Below are positions 1 through 8,757 of a stretch of 55,333 nucleotides of DNA, piece by piece. The notes beneath the pieces were generated by a model, which searched no databases, was not told the origin of the DNA, and worked only from the letters and a program-made list of their open reading frames with translations. The DNA comes from a virus. Lineage: Duplodnaviria; Caudoviricetes. Each line of letters opens with the position of its first letter. The stretch's first letter is position 1. The stretch covers positions 1 through 55,333 of the IMG/VR virus record IMGVR_UViG_3300031716_000012. One strand, given 5' to 3'. Both the position numbers and the translations under genes were made by a program.

Positions 1-18
1 ATCTGGTTCACATTGGGC

Positions 19-77
19 CTACAACGTGTAGCTTTGGAGTACAGCTTGCAGCTTCCTGGTACAGCTTACAACTTCCT
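19..77. repeat. Iteron/operator-like direct repeats, 20-bp period
   Basis: gtacagcttgcagcttcct (39-57) and gtacagcttacaacttcct (59-77), 17/19 identical; degenerate third copy at 19-37. Confidence 0.7.
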
Positions 78-78
78 A

Positions 79-108
79 TTGGCAAGATCCGAAGAACCGT
101 GGTAGGAT
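79..108 (+). promoter_or_regulatory. Sigma70/HrdB-type promoter, probably leaderless transcript
   Basis: TTGGCA-18 bp-TAGGAT with extended TG; ATG 6 nt after the -10, no SD. Confidence 0.75.
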
Positions 109-114
109 CTGGGT

Positions 115-315
115 ATGACGATGCAAGCACGTAACGACGGAGGTGACTCGTTCTACCCACCAGATCCGCTACCCGAGGACATCGTGGAGATCGCGGCTAA
201 GTACGCCGCCTACGGTGCCCACGTGAAGCCGAACACCTGCGTGGCGGACATTCAGATCCTCCTCCGCTACATCGAGGTACTGGAGGACCGCATTGACGGC
301 ACGACGACCACGTAA
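115..315 (+). CDS. Hypothetical early protein
   Basis: First ORF behind the repeat promoter; starts MTMQ like its right-arm counterpart. Confidence 0.7.
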   Translation: MTMQARNDGGDSFYPPDPLPEDIVEIAAKYAAYGAHVKPNTCVADIQILLRYIEVLEDRIDGTTTT

Positions 316-523
316 GGCAACCCCCGCTACCGCACCCCCGGTACCACGCCGAGATGAGTTGGTGGAGGCGCTGAGGCAAAGGATCTACGAACTGGAAGCC
401 ACGGTTGATCTTCTGAAGGGCGCGATCGTGAAGGCCACAGAGGAACTGGTTTCCCCCTACATGTACACCGATGAGGAGCGCATCAACACGGCGCTCGGAA
501 CCCTGGAGGTTCTTGATGGGTAA
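293..523 (+). CDS. Hypothetical coiled-coil protein
   Basis: GGAGG upstream; overlaps neighbours in operon fashion. Confidence 0.65.
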   Translation: MTARRPRKATPATAPPVPRRDELVEALRQRIYELEATVDLLKGAIVKATEELVSPYMYTDEERINTALGTLEVLDG

Positions 524-770
524 GCGAGTACGCGATCTTCACGCCCCCGAGTACCAGCAGGCGCGCAAGTTGGTGTACGAGGTGACCAAGCTTCGCCTCG
601 GCGAGAAGCTCACCCAAGGAGTCGTGAACAAGCGCTCCGGCTACTCCCAGTCCGGGCTGTCCGAATGGGAAGCGTTCAAGATGCCCAACTACGCCCTGGT
701 GACGTTGATCCGGATCGCGAAGGCGATCGGCTACAAGGTGAACGTCACCTTCGAGAAGGAGGAGCAGTGA
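516..770 (+). CDS. XRE-family helix-turn-helix protein
   Basis: LRLGEKLTQGVVNKRSGYSQSGLSEWE...TLIRIAKAIG pattern; GGAGG before ATG 516. Confidence 0.8.
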   Translation: MGKRVRDLHAPEYQQARKLVYEVTKLRLGEKLTQGVVNKRSGYSQSGLSEWEAFKMPNYALVTLIRIAKAIGYKVNVTFEKEEQ

Positions 771-931
771 GACCTTGTCCCTTCTGCGGCCTCTACGGCG
801 GTTTCCACACCGACGAGCAAACGTTCGGGATAGATGAAGATGGTTTCGCCATCTACCCCGGTCACCGGCAGGTCCGGATGACCATGAACCCCTTGCGGTT
901 CCTACCCAAGAAGGGAAAGAAGCAGAAGTGA
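767..931 (+). CDS. Hypothetical protein with CxxC
   Basis: GTGA overlap, AGGAG RBS, PCPFCG. Confidence 0.55.
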   Translation: MRPCPFCGLYGGFHTDEQTFGIDEDGFAIYPGHRQVRMTMNPLRFLPKKGKKQK

Positions 932-1194
932 CCGACAAGGACCAGTGGCTGGCAGGTATGCCCACCCACTGCCCAAAGTGCAAGAAGGCCACCCTCAAGA
1001 CCGAGGAGGTCGGCTGGAAGAAGCACCGCGTCATCGGGGAAAGCCCACGCGGCTACCAGTATTCGGTGCTGACCATCAAGGTACCCACCGTCGTGGTGGA
1101 GTGCAGCAACTCGAAGTGCGACTACGAGCAGCACGGCTACATCTACGAGGGCACCGTCCACCTGGAGGAGTCCGACGAGAAGGTGACCGTCTGA
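928..1194 (+). CDS. Zinc-ribbon protein
   Basis: CPKC...CSNSKC pairs; GTGA overlap. Confidence 0.65.
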   Translation: MTDKDQWLAGMPTHCPKCKKATLKTEEVGWKKHRVIGESPRGYQYSVLTIKVPTVVVECSNSKCDYEQHGYIYEGTVHLEESDEKVTV

Positions 1195-1282
1195 TGCTCG
1201 GAAGACTCATTATCTGGGCGTTCGGGCTCTCCATGATTGGGGTCCTTATTTACGCCATCATCAGCGAGATTGGAGCAACTAG

Positions 1283-1804
1283 GTGAAGCGAGTAGCAGCG
1301 GCGCTCATGGTGCCGTTGGCAATTCTCAGTATCGTCGCAGGGTGTTCGATGCCGGGGCAGAACACTGCCGCTCGGCCGGAGCCCGGCGACAACCAGATGA
1401 AGATCGAAATCGAGGCGTCACAAACCACCAAGAACGCGGTAACCAACATCACGGAGCACATCCGGGTCAAGGTGAACGCAGTCAACGGTGATGGTGAGCC
1501 ACTCATCGGTGACGACTTCAAGCCACTCACCCAGTGGGACAGTGGCCGGACCATCACCTACCCCGGCAAGCCGTGGGCCATGATCCTGTCGCAGCCGGTC
1601 GGGCAGGGAGGTAACGCGATCGTTGCAGCCTTCCAGATCTATCCGGAGTCCAACGCGAAGTTCAACCGGACCGTGGACATCAAGTGCCACTTCTTCATCA
1701 AGCGGTTCGGTATCGACACCGACTGGGTGGAGGACAAGCCGAAGCTTCAGGTTGGTACTGGAGCCAAGGTCACCTGCCTCTACTCCGTGCAGTTCCCAGG
1801 CTAG
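1283..1804 (+). CDS. Putative lipoprotein
   Basis: Signal peptide MKRVAAALMVPLAILSIVAG-C with lipobox. Confidence 0.7.
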   Translation: MKRVAAALMVPLAILSIVAGCSMPGQNTAARPEPGDNQMKIEIEASQTTKNAVTNITEHIRVKVNAVNGDGEPLIGDDFKPLTQWDSGRTITYPGKPWAMILSQPVGQGGNAIVAAFQIYPESNAKFNRTVDIKCHFFIKRFGIDTDWVEDKPKLQVGTGAKVTCLYSVQFPG

Positions 1805-1812
1805 GAGAACAA

Positions 1813-2199
1813 GTGACCAAGCGACACGTAACCGTTCAAGAACTGAAGGACACTGTCGCTGCGTGCGTGGAGGAGCGCGGTGCGGACTACCAGTACCGCG
1901 TTCCCAGCGCCGACAGTGACATGGGAGGCTCGTGCCTCTACTGGCACGAAGACGAGCAGCAGCCCGGTTGCATTGTGGGCTTGGCTCTGCACAAGCTCGG
2001 AGTCAGTGACGAGTTCCTTCGCAACCACGAAGGCAACACGTCCATCGGAATGCTGAAACTGCTGACAGAAAACCACGAGTGGACCTTCGAGGACTACCTG
2101 GAGGTTGACTGGTGGCTCAACGAGATTCAGCGACGCCAGGACGACGGAATGCGTTGGGGGGACGCAATCAAAATCGAGTACGGGAGGACCCATGACTAA
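1813..2199 (+). CDS. Hypothetical phage protein
   Basis: AGGAG RBS, GTG start; CLY...PGCIVG...QDDG.WG pattern seen in actinophage proteins. Confidence 0.7.
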   Translation: MTKRHVTVQELKDTVAACVEERGADYQYRVPSADSDMGGSCLYWHEDEQQPGCIVGLALHKLGVSDEFLRNHEGNTSIGMLKLLTENHEWTFEDYLEVDWWLNEIQRRQDDGMRWGDAIKIEYGRTHD

Positions 2200-2377
2200 C
2201 CCGGACCGGGGTTCCGGTTGCCTCGGATTTTGCGGCGACAAGGACTACGGCCAGATAGAGGCTCAGATGCACCGCTGCTACGACAACGTGGACGTGTATC
2301 TGAAGCCGTGGCAGGTGCAGGAAATCCACGACCGGTGGACCCGCATCGGCAAGCAGGCAGCGGCAGGTCGGCTATGA
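2192..2377 (+). CDS. Hypothetical protein
   Basis: GGAGG RBS before ATG; coupled to neighbours. Confidence 0.55.
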   Translation: MTNPDRGSGCLGFCGDKDYGQIEAQMHRCYDNVDVYLKPWQVQEIHDRWTRIGKQAAAGRL

Positions 2378-2562
2378 CACTCAGTTCTGAGCCGCTCGGC
2401 TGGTACACCTGCGCCCTCTGCAAGGGGGAGTTCAACTCCTCGGTGTCCGAGCAGCAGGCGGCTGAAGAGTACGCCCGCAACTTCCCGGACGAGGTTGATG
2501 AGCCTCACGAGATGGTCTGCAACGTCTGCTACGACCGGTACTTCGCCTGGGCCAACAAGTGA
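2374..2562 (+). CDS. Small zinc-binding protein
   Basis: CALC...CNVC; ATGA overlap. Confidence 0.6.
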   Translation: MTLSSEPLGWYTCALCKGEFNSSVSEQQAAEEYARNFPDEVDEPHEMVCNVCYDRYFAWANK

Positions 2563-2837
2563 GCCAGGACAAGTACGAGAACGTGTTGTTCTTCGTAACT
2601 GTGGCCAACATCGTGCTGGGGATCGTTTCGACGGTCCTCGGCACGTTGGCCATCATTGCCATTCGGCAGTGCAACGCGGTAGAACGGGCGCTAGCACTCA
2701 AGAAGGAACCCTCCACGGCACTGGTCCCCTGGGCCCAGCGACCGCAGGCCACCCTTGAGTTCCGGCGTCCCCCCGTTATCCGGCCCAGCGTGCTGGCCGA
2801 CAACCGAAGGAGCTTCCAGGATGACCTCTGGGGCTGA
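2559..2837 (+). CDS. Membrane protein
   Basis: N-terminal hydrophobic segment; GTGA overlap. Confidence 0.6.
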   Translation: MSQDKYENVLFFVTVANIVLGIVSTVLGTLAIIAIRQCNAVERALALKKEPSTALVPWAQRPQATLEFRRPPVIRPSVLADNRRSFQDDLWG

Positions 2838-3120
2838 ACCAGCCTGCTCCAATCCGATGTACGACCCAGAATGGTGGGTCTTCGAACATCCGGGGCGTTG
2901 CACGAAACTGTGCGCCCACGCCCTGGCCGCTCACATTTGCCTTAATCACTGCCCGCTGTTGCGGGAGTGCCAGGAGATGTCGGCACTGAACCCGGACATG
3001 TGGACCGGCATGGTGGTCGGCGGAATGATCTGGGACGGCAGGAAGTCGAAGCGGATGTTCACTCAACCCCCGCACCGGGAACGGTGCGAAGCGTGTGCCC
3101 CGGCTCTCGTGGCCGCCTGA
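2821..3120 (+). CDS. whiB: WhiB-family Fe-S transcription factor (divergent)
   Basis: C...DPEWW...C-x3-CP-x4-C...GMVVGG matches WhiB Cys pattern and G[VI]WGG-like turn. Confidence 0.75.
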   Translation: MTSGAEPACSNPMYDPEWWVFEHPGRCTKLCAHALAAHICLNHCPLLRECQEMSALNPDMWTGMVVGGMIWDGRKSKRMFTQPPHRERCEACAPALVAA

Positions 3121-3121
3121 C

Positions 3122-3153
3122 ACTGAAGCCCCAGGGAAACCTGGGGCTTCAGT
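3122..3153. terminator. Hairpin terminator between convergent operons
   Basis: actgaagccccagg-GAAA-cctggggcttcagt, perfect 14-bp stem. Confidence 0.85.
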
Positions 3154-3355
3154 CTTCCCACCGGACGACGGTCTTGCCGTTGTGCCCGTGGATGGTTTCC
3201 ACATCTCCGATGTTCTCGTAGACGGCCGTGGACGAGGTCCCGGTCCGCCACCGCATCGCTACGGTGCCGTCCCAGAACTCGACGCCCTCCGCTACCAGTC
3301 CGCTGCCGCTGACACCGGTCTCGTCTTCGAGCCGGTCCAGGAAGAAACGCTTCAT
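3149..3355 (-). CDS. Conserved actinophage hypothetical protein
   Basis: F.L.R.EDETGVSG.G.VAEGVEF.DG...IHGH.G.T pattern; ATGA overlap. Confidence 0.75.
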   Translation of the reverse strand: MKRFFLDRLEDETGVSGSGLVAEGVEFWDGTVAMRWRTGTSSTAVYENIGDVETIHGHNGKTVVRWED

Positions 3356-3642
3356 GCTGCCTTCCGGGTTGCGGCACGGGCTGCCTTGCAGTCCTCGCAC
3401 CGGCAGTTGTAGTTCGTGTAGCCGTTGTCGGTGCCGTGCCGGGTGTCGGTGGCGGTGAGGCCACGTGACCGGCGAGCGTGCCGTGCCTTGACGCTGTACG
3501 CGCTCCAGGCGTTGATGCAGTCCAGGCACCGGCACCGGTTGTTGCCGTACCCGGTGGGAGTGCCGTGGCGCGGGTCGTCCTTGGTCAGGTTGCAACGCTG
3601 CCCTGAACAGTTGCAGCGGTTTATCTCGATCACATTAGTCAA
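3352..3642 (-). CDS. Zinc-binding protein with two HGT-x3-Y-x4-CRC-x2-C repeats
   Basis: RHGTPTGYGNNRCRCLDC and RHGTDNGYTNYNCRCEDC; AAGGAGG upstream of TTG. Confidence 0.75.
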   Translation of the reverse strand: MTNVIEINRCNCSGQRCNLTKDDPRHGTPTGYGNNRCRCLDCINAWSAYSVKARHARRSRGLTATDTRHGTDNGYTNYNCRCEDCKAARAATRKAA

Positions 3643-3672
3643 CTGGGGTCTGCCTCCTTCGGAACACAAAGG

Positions 3673-3714
3673 GAGCAGGGGTACCTGGATATTGTAACCC
3701 AGATACCCCTGCTC
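3673..3714. terminator. Intergenic hairpin (terminator) enclosing a minus-strand TACAAT -10
   Basis: gagcaggggta...tacccctgctc 11-bp stem downstream of 3734. Confidence 0.55.
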
Positions 3715-3733
3715 AGAGGGTTCCTTGGTCGGC

Positions 3734-4582
3734 TCAGCGACGGCGGCCCCAGTCCCACAGGCGGGCCTTGCCCACCCGGCGACGGCCACGGGAGTCGGTG
3801 TTGTAGACCCCCACTAGAACCTCCGCGAGACCCATTGCGGGCTTCACCTTCTTGACCGCAGCGTGGTGCTGGCCGTCGAAGACCAGATCACGGGGCTTGT
3901 GGTCACGGAGACGCTCGATGAACTCGGAGACGTTCAGGTGATCGCCGTACTCGTCGTACATGGCGGCCACGGCGTCGAGCATGATGCCCTTCAGGCTGTA
4001 CTCGGCACCGCCCCACGCACGCTCCAGGGTGAGCAGAGTCAACTGGAGGGTGTTGGGCTCGAAGCCCCGCTTCTCCGACTTGATGTAGATGCGACGCATC
4101 ACGTCCACGGCGGAGATGTTGCCGTTGCGGGGGTAGGTGGCCAGGGCGAGGCCGTAGCTCTCCAGGAGCTTCTGCACGGCCACGGCGGTCGGGTCACCAG
4201 CGGTGACCGCAACCTTGAACTTGTCCACCGCGCGAGGCTTGGTGGTGTTGTTCAGGGTGAGGAACAGAGCAGCTTCCTGCTCGGTGGTCAGGCCGGTGAA
4301 GACCTCACACCGGACGGCCTTCGGGCCACCCTCGGCCAGCTTCAGCCGGAGAACCTCCAGGCGGTGCTGTCCGTCGAGAACTGCGTTCCTGACGGGCTTG
4401 GTGCGCCGTGAGACAGCCAGGGTGCCCACGCCAGCGGCGGTGAACTCCTTGAACAGTCTCCGCACCTTGTTCTTGTCGAGCGGTCGCTGGATGGCCGGGT
4501 CAACTTCGAGATCCTCGACATCGATGATCTCGATAGTGGACTCCAACTCGTCCAGAGCCGCATTGTCCAGAAGATAGGCCAT
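3734..4582 (-). CDS. ParB-fold protein with DGQHR motif (DUF6551-like)
   Basis: VDPAIQRPLD, VLDGQHRL, EQEAALFLTLN. Confidence 0.75.
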   Translation of the reverse strand: MAYLLDNAALDELESTIEIIDVEDLEVDPAIQRPLDKNKVRRLFKEFTAAGVGTLAVSRRTKPVRNAVLDGQHRLEVLRLKLAEGGPKAVRCEVFTGLTTEQEAALFLTLNNTTKPRAVDKFKVAVTAGDPTAVAVQKLLESYGLALATYPRNGNISAVDVMRRIYIKSEKRGFEPNTLQLTLLTLERAWGGAEYSLKGIMLDAVAAMYDEYGDHLNVSEFIERLRDHKPRDLVFDGQHHAAVKKVKPAMGLAEVLVGVYNTDSRGRRRVGKARLWDWGRRR

Positions 4583-5445
4583 CAGCCTTTCCTGATCCTT
4601 TCTTTGAGTTTCTTGGAAATGGTGAAGAAATCGGCCCTGGCCTGCACGAATGAGCGAAGCCAGGCTGTTGCTTCCTCGACCGTGATGTCATCGTTGATAT
4701 CCGTAACATCCGCGAGGATCTTTCCTGTGGCCGAAGATGAGATAGCTGCGTTGCGCAGAATCTGTCGCTGCTCCGACTCAGATGAGATACGAGGCTGGTG
4801 GACACCGCGTGCCTTGTCCCATTCGCCTCTCGCACTGTAAACATTGTACCCCTGCTCCATACGCTTGACCAGGTCAGACGCAAGAGCCACTGACTGCTCA
4901 TCCAGTTCCGGATGGTGGCCGAGAGCACGCGAATACAGGTACGTGACGGTCTGGATGGCACTACCCGTGTATCCACTGAGAGTTGCCATCGCGTCCCGGC
5001 TAAGGGACACCTTCTTGCGGGTTTGGAGGACGTCCCGAATCAGCTTTGGCATCTTCGGTGGCTTTTCGCCCTTGAAGTGGTTCAGGTTCAGCCTGGTCGC
5101 GTTGTAATGGTTGTCCTTACGCTGCTTCTGGCTGGACTGGTGGAAGTCCCAGAGTCGCCTGGTAGTCCAGTGCCGCGTGAACGGGTTGTTTCTGTCCTTA
5201 AGCATGATTTCGAGGGTGTCCACGTAAAGGTCAGTGACCACTACGTCAACCTCGTCACCAGGCTTGAACGCCTCCATGCGGCGGAGACCGTCGATCAGGT
5301 TGAGATGCTGGTCGACCAGGATCGGCGTCTGGAGACCGTTGGTCTTGATGTCAGCGATCAGGGCCATAATTTCAACGTCAGCCGGATCGATGAATCTGTC
5401 TCCGGTGTTGATGTCGGAGATCTTGACCGTTCGATACTCCCTCAT
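4582..5445 (-). CDS. ParB/Srx N-terminal domain protein
   Basis: IKTNGLQTPILVD...LIDGLRRMEA (GxRR); ATG 5445 has AAGGGA RBS. Confidence 0.8.
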   Translation of the reverse strand: MREYRTVKISDINTGDRFIDPADVEIMALIADIKTNGLQTPILVDQHLNLIDGLRRMEAFKPGDEVDVVVTDLYVDTLEIMLKDRNNPFTRHWTTRRLWDFHQSSQKQRKDNHYNATRLNLNHFKGEKPPKMPKLIRDVLQTRKKVSLSRDAMATLSGYTGSAIQTVTYLYSRALGHHPELDEQSVALASDLVKRMEQGYNVYSARGEWDKARGVHQPRISSESEQRQILRNAAISSSATGKILADVTDINDDITVEEATAWLRSFVQARADFFTISKKLKERIRKG

Positions 5446-5492
5446 GCAATCCCTTCTTAGTGATGGGAACCTACGCGAGGAACTGTACCACC

Positions 5493-7937
5493 CTAGAACC
5501 CCGTCGTCCACCCGCCGGGCATCTTGCCAAGACCTTGGACCATTCGGCCATCCTCGGATAGCTGAATGGCTCGGTCGCACTCCTTCAAACGGATAAGGAA
5601 CCGGTTGGCACCCACGGCGCGCTCACCGATCATCCGGCACCAGCCCATGTACATCTGGTACAGGTCAACCTTCTTCATCGCCTGGGTGGGCTCCATGGTC
5701 AAGGCCCCCTCGGCGACCTTGTCGTCCAAGAACTTGATCACCGAGTCGGCCTGCTCCCGCAGCGCGTGGACGGAGGAGGTGACACACCCCGGCTCGGCCA
5801 GCCCGGCACGGTGGTACTCGGCGAGACCCTCCAGCAGCCAGTTCAAGATCCCATCGGCTTCCTTGATCAGGATCTCGTCCATGCCACGCACCTGACCCTC
5901 ACCGAGGAACACGGTGGTGAACGGCACCAGCTTCACCCGGTTCCAGATGGCCCGGTCGTCAGAGTTGAACCGGGGGGCGTGGTTGGTAGCCAGCCAGATG
6001 GACGCTTCGGACTTCCAGGTCTGGAACCGCTCAAACAGGCCACGCGTGCGCATCAGGTCGTGGCCGGTGTACCGCTTGATCAGTTCCTCGTTCCACTGGA
6101 CCCCTTCCGAGGTCTCCGAGGTGGTGACGAACCGGCGGCCCCGAAGCTGATGAAGACCAAGCGTGGCCGATGAGGCGTTTTCGTCCTTAACCGCCCGGAA
6201 TGTGCCAGCAGGAGCGGTGTCTCCGTAGTCGCCGAAGATGTGGTTGATCGTTTCGAGGAATGTGGACTTTCCAGTCCCTGATGGGCCATAGACGATGAAC
6301 ATGGCCCTTTCTGACGGGTCACCCAGAAGTGTGTAACCCAGACAGCGCTGGACATATCCACGTAGCTCGTCGTCGGGAAGGGCTGCTGCCATGAAGGCTT
6401 CCCACTGAGGGGCCTTCGCATTCGCGTCATAGCACGCACCGAACTTCCGGGTGATCATGAAGTCGGGGTGGTGGTCGTGAAGTTCACCCGTCTTCAGGTC
6501 GTAGACACCGTTCTCCAGGTTCAGGTACCGGGACTGCGCGTCGAAGTCAGACGTGGAGACCGAGTTCCCCCTGCGCGTGTAGTACGCCTTGGCCATCTCC
6601 CGCTGCTTCGGGCCGGTACGTGACCGGACCCCATGTTTGCTGATGGCCTCCACGTCGCTGTTCATCATCGCGCGGGTGATCGCGTCGGTCTCCCAGTAGA
6701 TGGCCGACTCGTTCTGCACCCAGCAGGTGCCATCCCAGACGCGGGCTGCCTTCTCCTCGGTCACCCAGCGGTGTACGTCGCGGATCTCCAGGTCGGGGAA
6801 CATGACCGAGCGGTGACGCTCCATCCGCTCCCCGTTGCCCACATCGTCCAGAGTGAAGTAGTCATCTTCTTCGATGTAGCCGTTTTCCTCGTTATTTGCG
6901 CGCGCAGAAATACTGGGGGTTCCGTAACCAGATCTTGCCAGGCCACGTGCCGCCTCGCGATGGTCACCGTTGTAGTACAGGGTGGCGAAGGCACCGAACT
7001 TCGTGTACGTGCCGTCCGTGTCGAACTCGGTGGAGGACGAGAACACCTTCAACAGGTCGGTGTCCTGATAATTGGTAGTAGCAGATGTGCCGTCCCGCTT
7101 GCTCTTGCCTGGCCGGGTCCAGTGGTCCTCGCGGCCGCTGCGGTGAGACCAGGTCCAGCCAGCCGGTTCCAGAATGTCGGCCCACGAGGTGCGCTCAGCC
7201 CACTCGTCACCGGGACGTGAACCGGCCCCCTCAGCGTGGTGTTGACCTGGGGAGGTAGTGGCAACCAACGAGGAGGAGGGGGCCGGAGTCTCAATAGTCT
7301 CATCCAGGACCGTGCTCAGCACGCCGTGGAGCAGATTGCGTTCCTCCCAGGTGATGGTGGGGACGTTGCCTGGCACAGAGTTCCCCAGCAAATTCCAGGA
7401 CTCCCCCGAGGGGTGACAGAAACCCGAGGTGGGTGCCACGATCACGTAGCCACCCTCACCACGGGTCTCAGCCAGAGTCTTGATCTTGTCCTGTGGGTTC
7501 TCTGCCAACTCCTCCTCGGTGGCGGGGCGGCGGGCGACCTTCTCGTTGCCGGGCACCGGGTGATCAGAGATCCGGTAGATCAGGTGGATGCCGCCAGACG
7601 GGGTCCACTCCGAGTAGGTCTGCCGCAGGCCCTCCCACAACCACTCCAGGCCCTGAAACTCGAACTCGCGTTGGAGTCTCGCCATCAGGTCAGAGTCGAG
7701 GGCCACCTTGCCTTCGAGTTCGGTCATCTCCAGGTTGCCGGACACTGCGCCGCAGATGACGGCGAGCCCGTACTCCTGGCCGTTACCCCACCAGCGTTCG
7801 ATCTCTCCGAGTTCCGGGATGCGAGCCTGATAGTCGGCCCAGCGGATCGCCGGTCGCTTAGTTCCGTTGGTTTGAATGGGGATTGTGGAGACACCTGCGT
7901 TGTGCCAGAGGGCTGCTGCCTGTGGTACGCTAATCAT
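5493..7937 (-). CDS. Primase/polymerase-SF3 (D5-like) helicase
   Basis: Prim-Pol N-terminus (TPSGGIH, TRGEGGY), Walker A GPSGTGKST, LATNHAP, D5_N region NGVYDL. Confidence 0.93.
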   Translation of the reverse strand: MISVPQAAALWHNAGVSTIPIQTNGTKRPAIRWADYQARIPELGEIERWWGNGQEYGLAVICGAVSGNLEMTELEGKVALDSDLMARLQREFEFQGLEWLWEGLRQTYSEWTPSGGIHLIYRISDHPVPGNEKVARRPATEEELAENPQDKIKTLAETRGEGGYVIVAPTSGFCHPSGESWNLLGNSVPGNVPTITWEERNLLHGVLSTVLDETIETPAPSSSLVATTSPGQHHAEGAGSRPGDEWAERTSWADILEPAGWTWSHRSGREDHWTRPGKSKRDGTSATTNYQDTDLLKVFSSSTEFDTDGTYTKFGAFATLYYNGDHREAARGLARSGYGTPSISARANNEENGYIEEDDYFTLDDVGNGERMERHRSVMFPDLEIRDVHRWVTEEKAARVWDGTCWVQNESAIYWETDAITRAMMNSDVEAISKHGVRSRTGPKQREMAKAYYTRRGNSVSTSDFDAQSRYLNLENGVYDLKTGELHDHHPDFMITRKFGACYDANAKAPQWEAFMAAALPDDELRGYVQRCLGYTLLGDPSERAMFIVYGPSGTGKSTFLETINHIFGDYGDTAPAGTFRAVKDENASSATLGLHQLRGRRFVTTSETSEGVQWNEELIKRYTGHDLMRTRGLFERFQTWKSEASIWLATNHAPRFNSDDRAIWNRVKLVPFTTVFLGEGQVRGMDEILIKEADGILNWLLEGLAEYHRAGLAEPGCVTSSVHALREQADSVIKFLDDKVAEGALTMEPTQAMKKVDLYQMYMGWCRMIGERAVGANRFLIRLKECDRAIQLSEDGRMVQGLGKMPGGWTTGF

Positions 7938-7959
7938 AGGAACTGATCCTTCCTGACAG

Positions 7960-7992
7960 GTTAAGGCCCCCGCCCTGCACGGGGGCCTTAAC
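7960..7992. terminator. Hairpin terminator
   Basis: gttaaggcccccg...cgggggccttaac 13-bp stem in intergenic gap. Confidence 0.7.
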
Positions 7993-8066
7993 GTATGCCA
8001 TGGGTGATCTCCTTCAGGAGAGACAGGCTCTCAGTGTGCCCCTACCCGGAGATCAACACCAGTCAG

Positions 8067-8738
8067 CTAGAAGGGCGGATTTTCCTCCTGCGCAACGGGT
8101 GGCGGCGGCGGAGCCGGGGGAAGCCCTGACTGACGACGCAGTCTGTCCATTGCGGACTCAACATGTGGTGCCGCCGGGGTGGCTGGGGGCCCAGATGTAG
8201 GGGGCCACACTCCAGCGGACTCCTGCGGCATCTCCGGATACAGCGGCGCAGAACGGATCGGACCGGGAGGCGCTGCTGCCTCCTGCTGCTTGATCGACTG
8301 GGGCTGGTTCTCGCCGGGGCGGAAAGTCGGGTGGGCGTTAAGCCACCACTCACCCCACTGCACCGACGCCGGGTTCATGGACTGCTCCACGATGATGAAC
8401 GCGTCGCCGTCCTTGCCCATCTGCACCAGCATCGGATCGGGGGCACCCACGGCACCCTTCGTGTCTCGGATGAGACGTCCCTGCGTCCACTTGCAGCCGC
8501 GCATCAGCTTGCCGGGCTGACCGTCGTCACCGTTGACGGACAGGTCCACCACGTCACAGAACACCGCGTCGGCCGGACGGCCATCGGTGCGCTCGTACTT
8601 GGTAAACGTTTCCTTCTCGTACCGGACCGGCCACACCAGGAGCAGGTGACCGATCATGTCGCGGGGGTTCAGGTAGTCGTTGTCTTCGTCGCTCTGCTGT
8701 TGCCGTTGCTGTCCCTGTGACAGTGGCGTGAAGGCCAT
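8067..8738 (-). CDS. Putative ssDNA-binding/recombination protein
   Basis: Beta-rich core, Pro/Gln tail ending EENPPF; sits between exonuclease and primase. Confidence 0.5.
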   Translation of the reverse strand: MAFTPLSQGQQRQQQSDEDNDYLNPRDMIGHLLLVWPVRYEKETFTKYERTDGRPADAVFCDVVDLSVNGDDGQPGKLMRGCKWTQGRLIRDTKGAVGAPDPMLVQMGKDGDAFIIVEQSMNPASVQWGEWWLNAHPTFRPGENQPQSIKQQEAAAPPGPIRSAPLYPEMPQESAGVWPPTSGPPATPAAPHVESAMDRLRRQSGLPPAPPPPPVAQEENPPF

Positions 8739-8757
8739 GGCGTTCCTCGTTCCTGTT

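Larger units (their letters stand above)
1..127 (+). repeat. Left copy of terminal inverted repeat (127 bp)
   Basis: Exact reverse complement of 55207-55333; identity ends after ...atgacgatgcaag. Confidence 0.97.

Noticed and set aside
1-127. N15-type telRL or Streptomyces-type telomere
   Set aside because: No protelomerase or Tpg/Tap recognisable and no series of terminal palindromes; the true ends are probably not in the window.
3734-4582. Dnd phosphorothioation system
   Set aside because: Only a DGQHR motif; no DndA/C/D/E-like genes seen.
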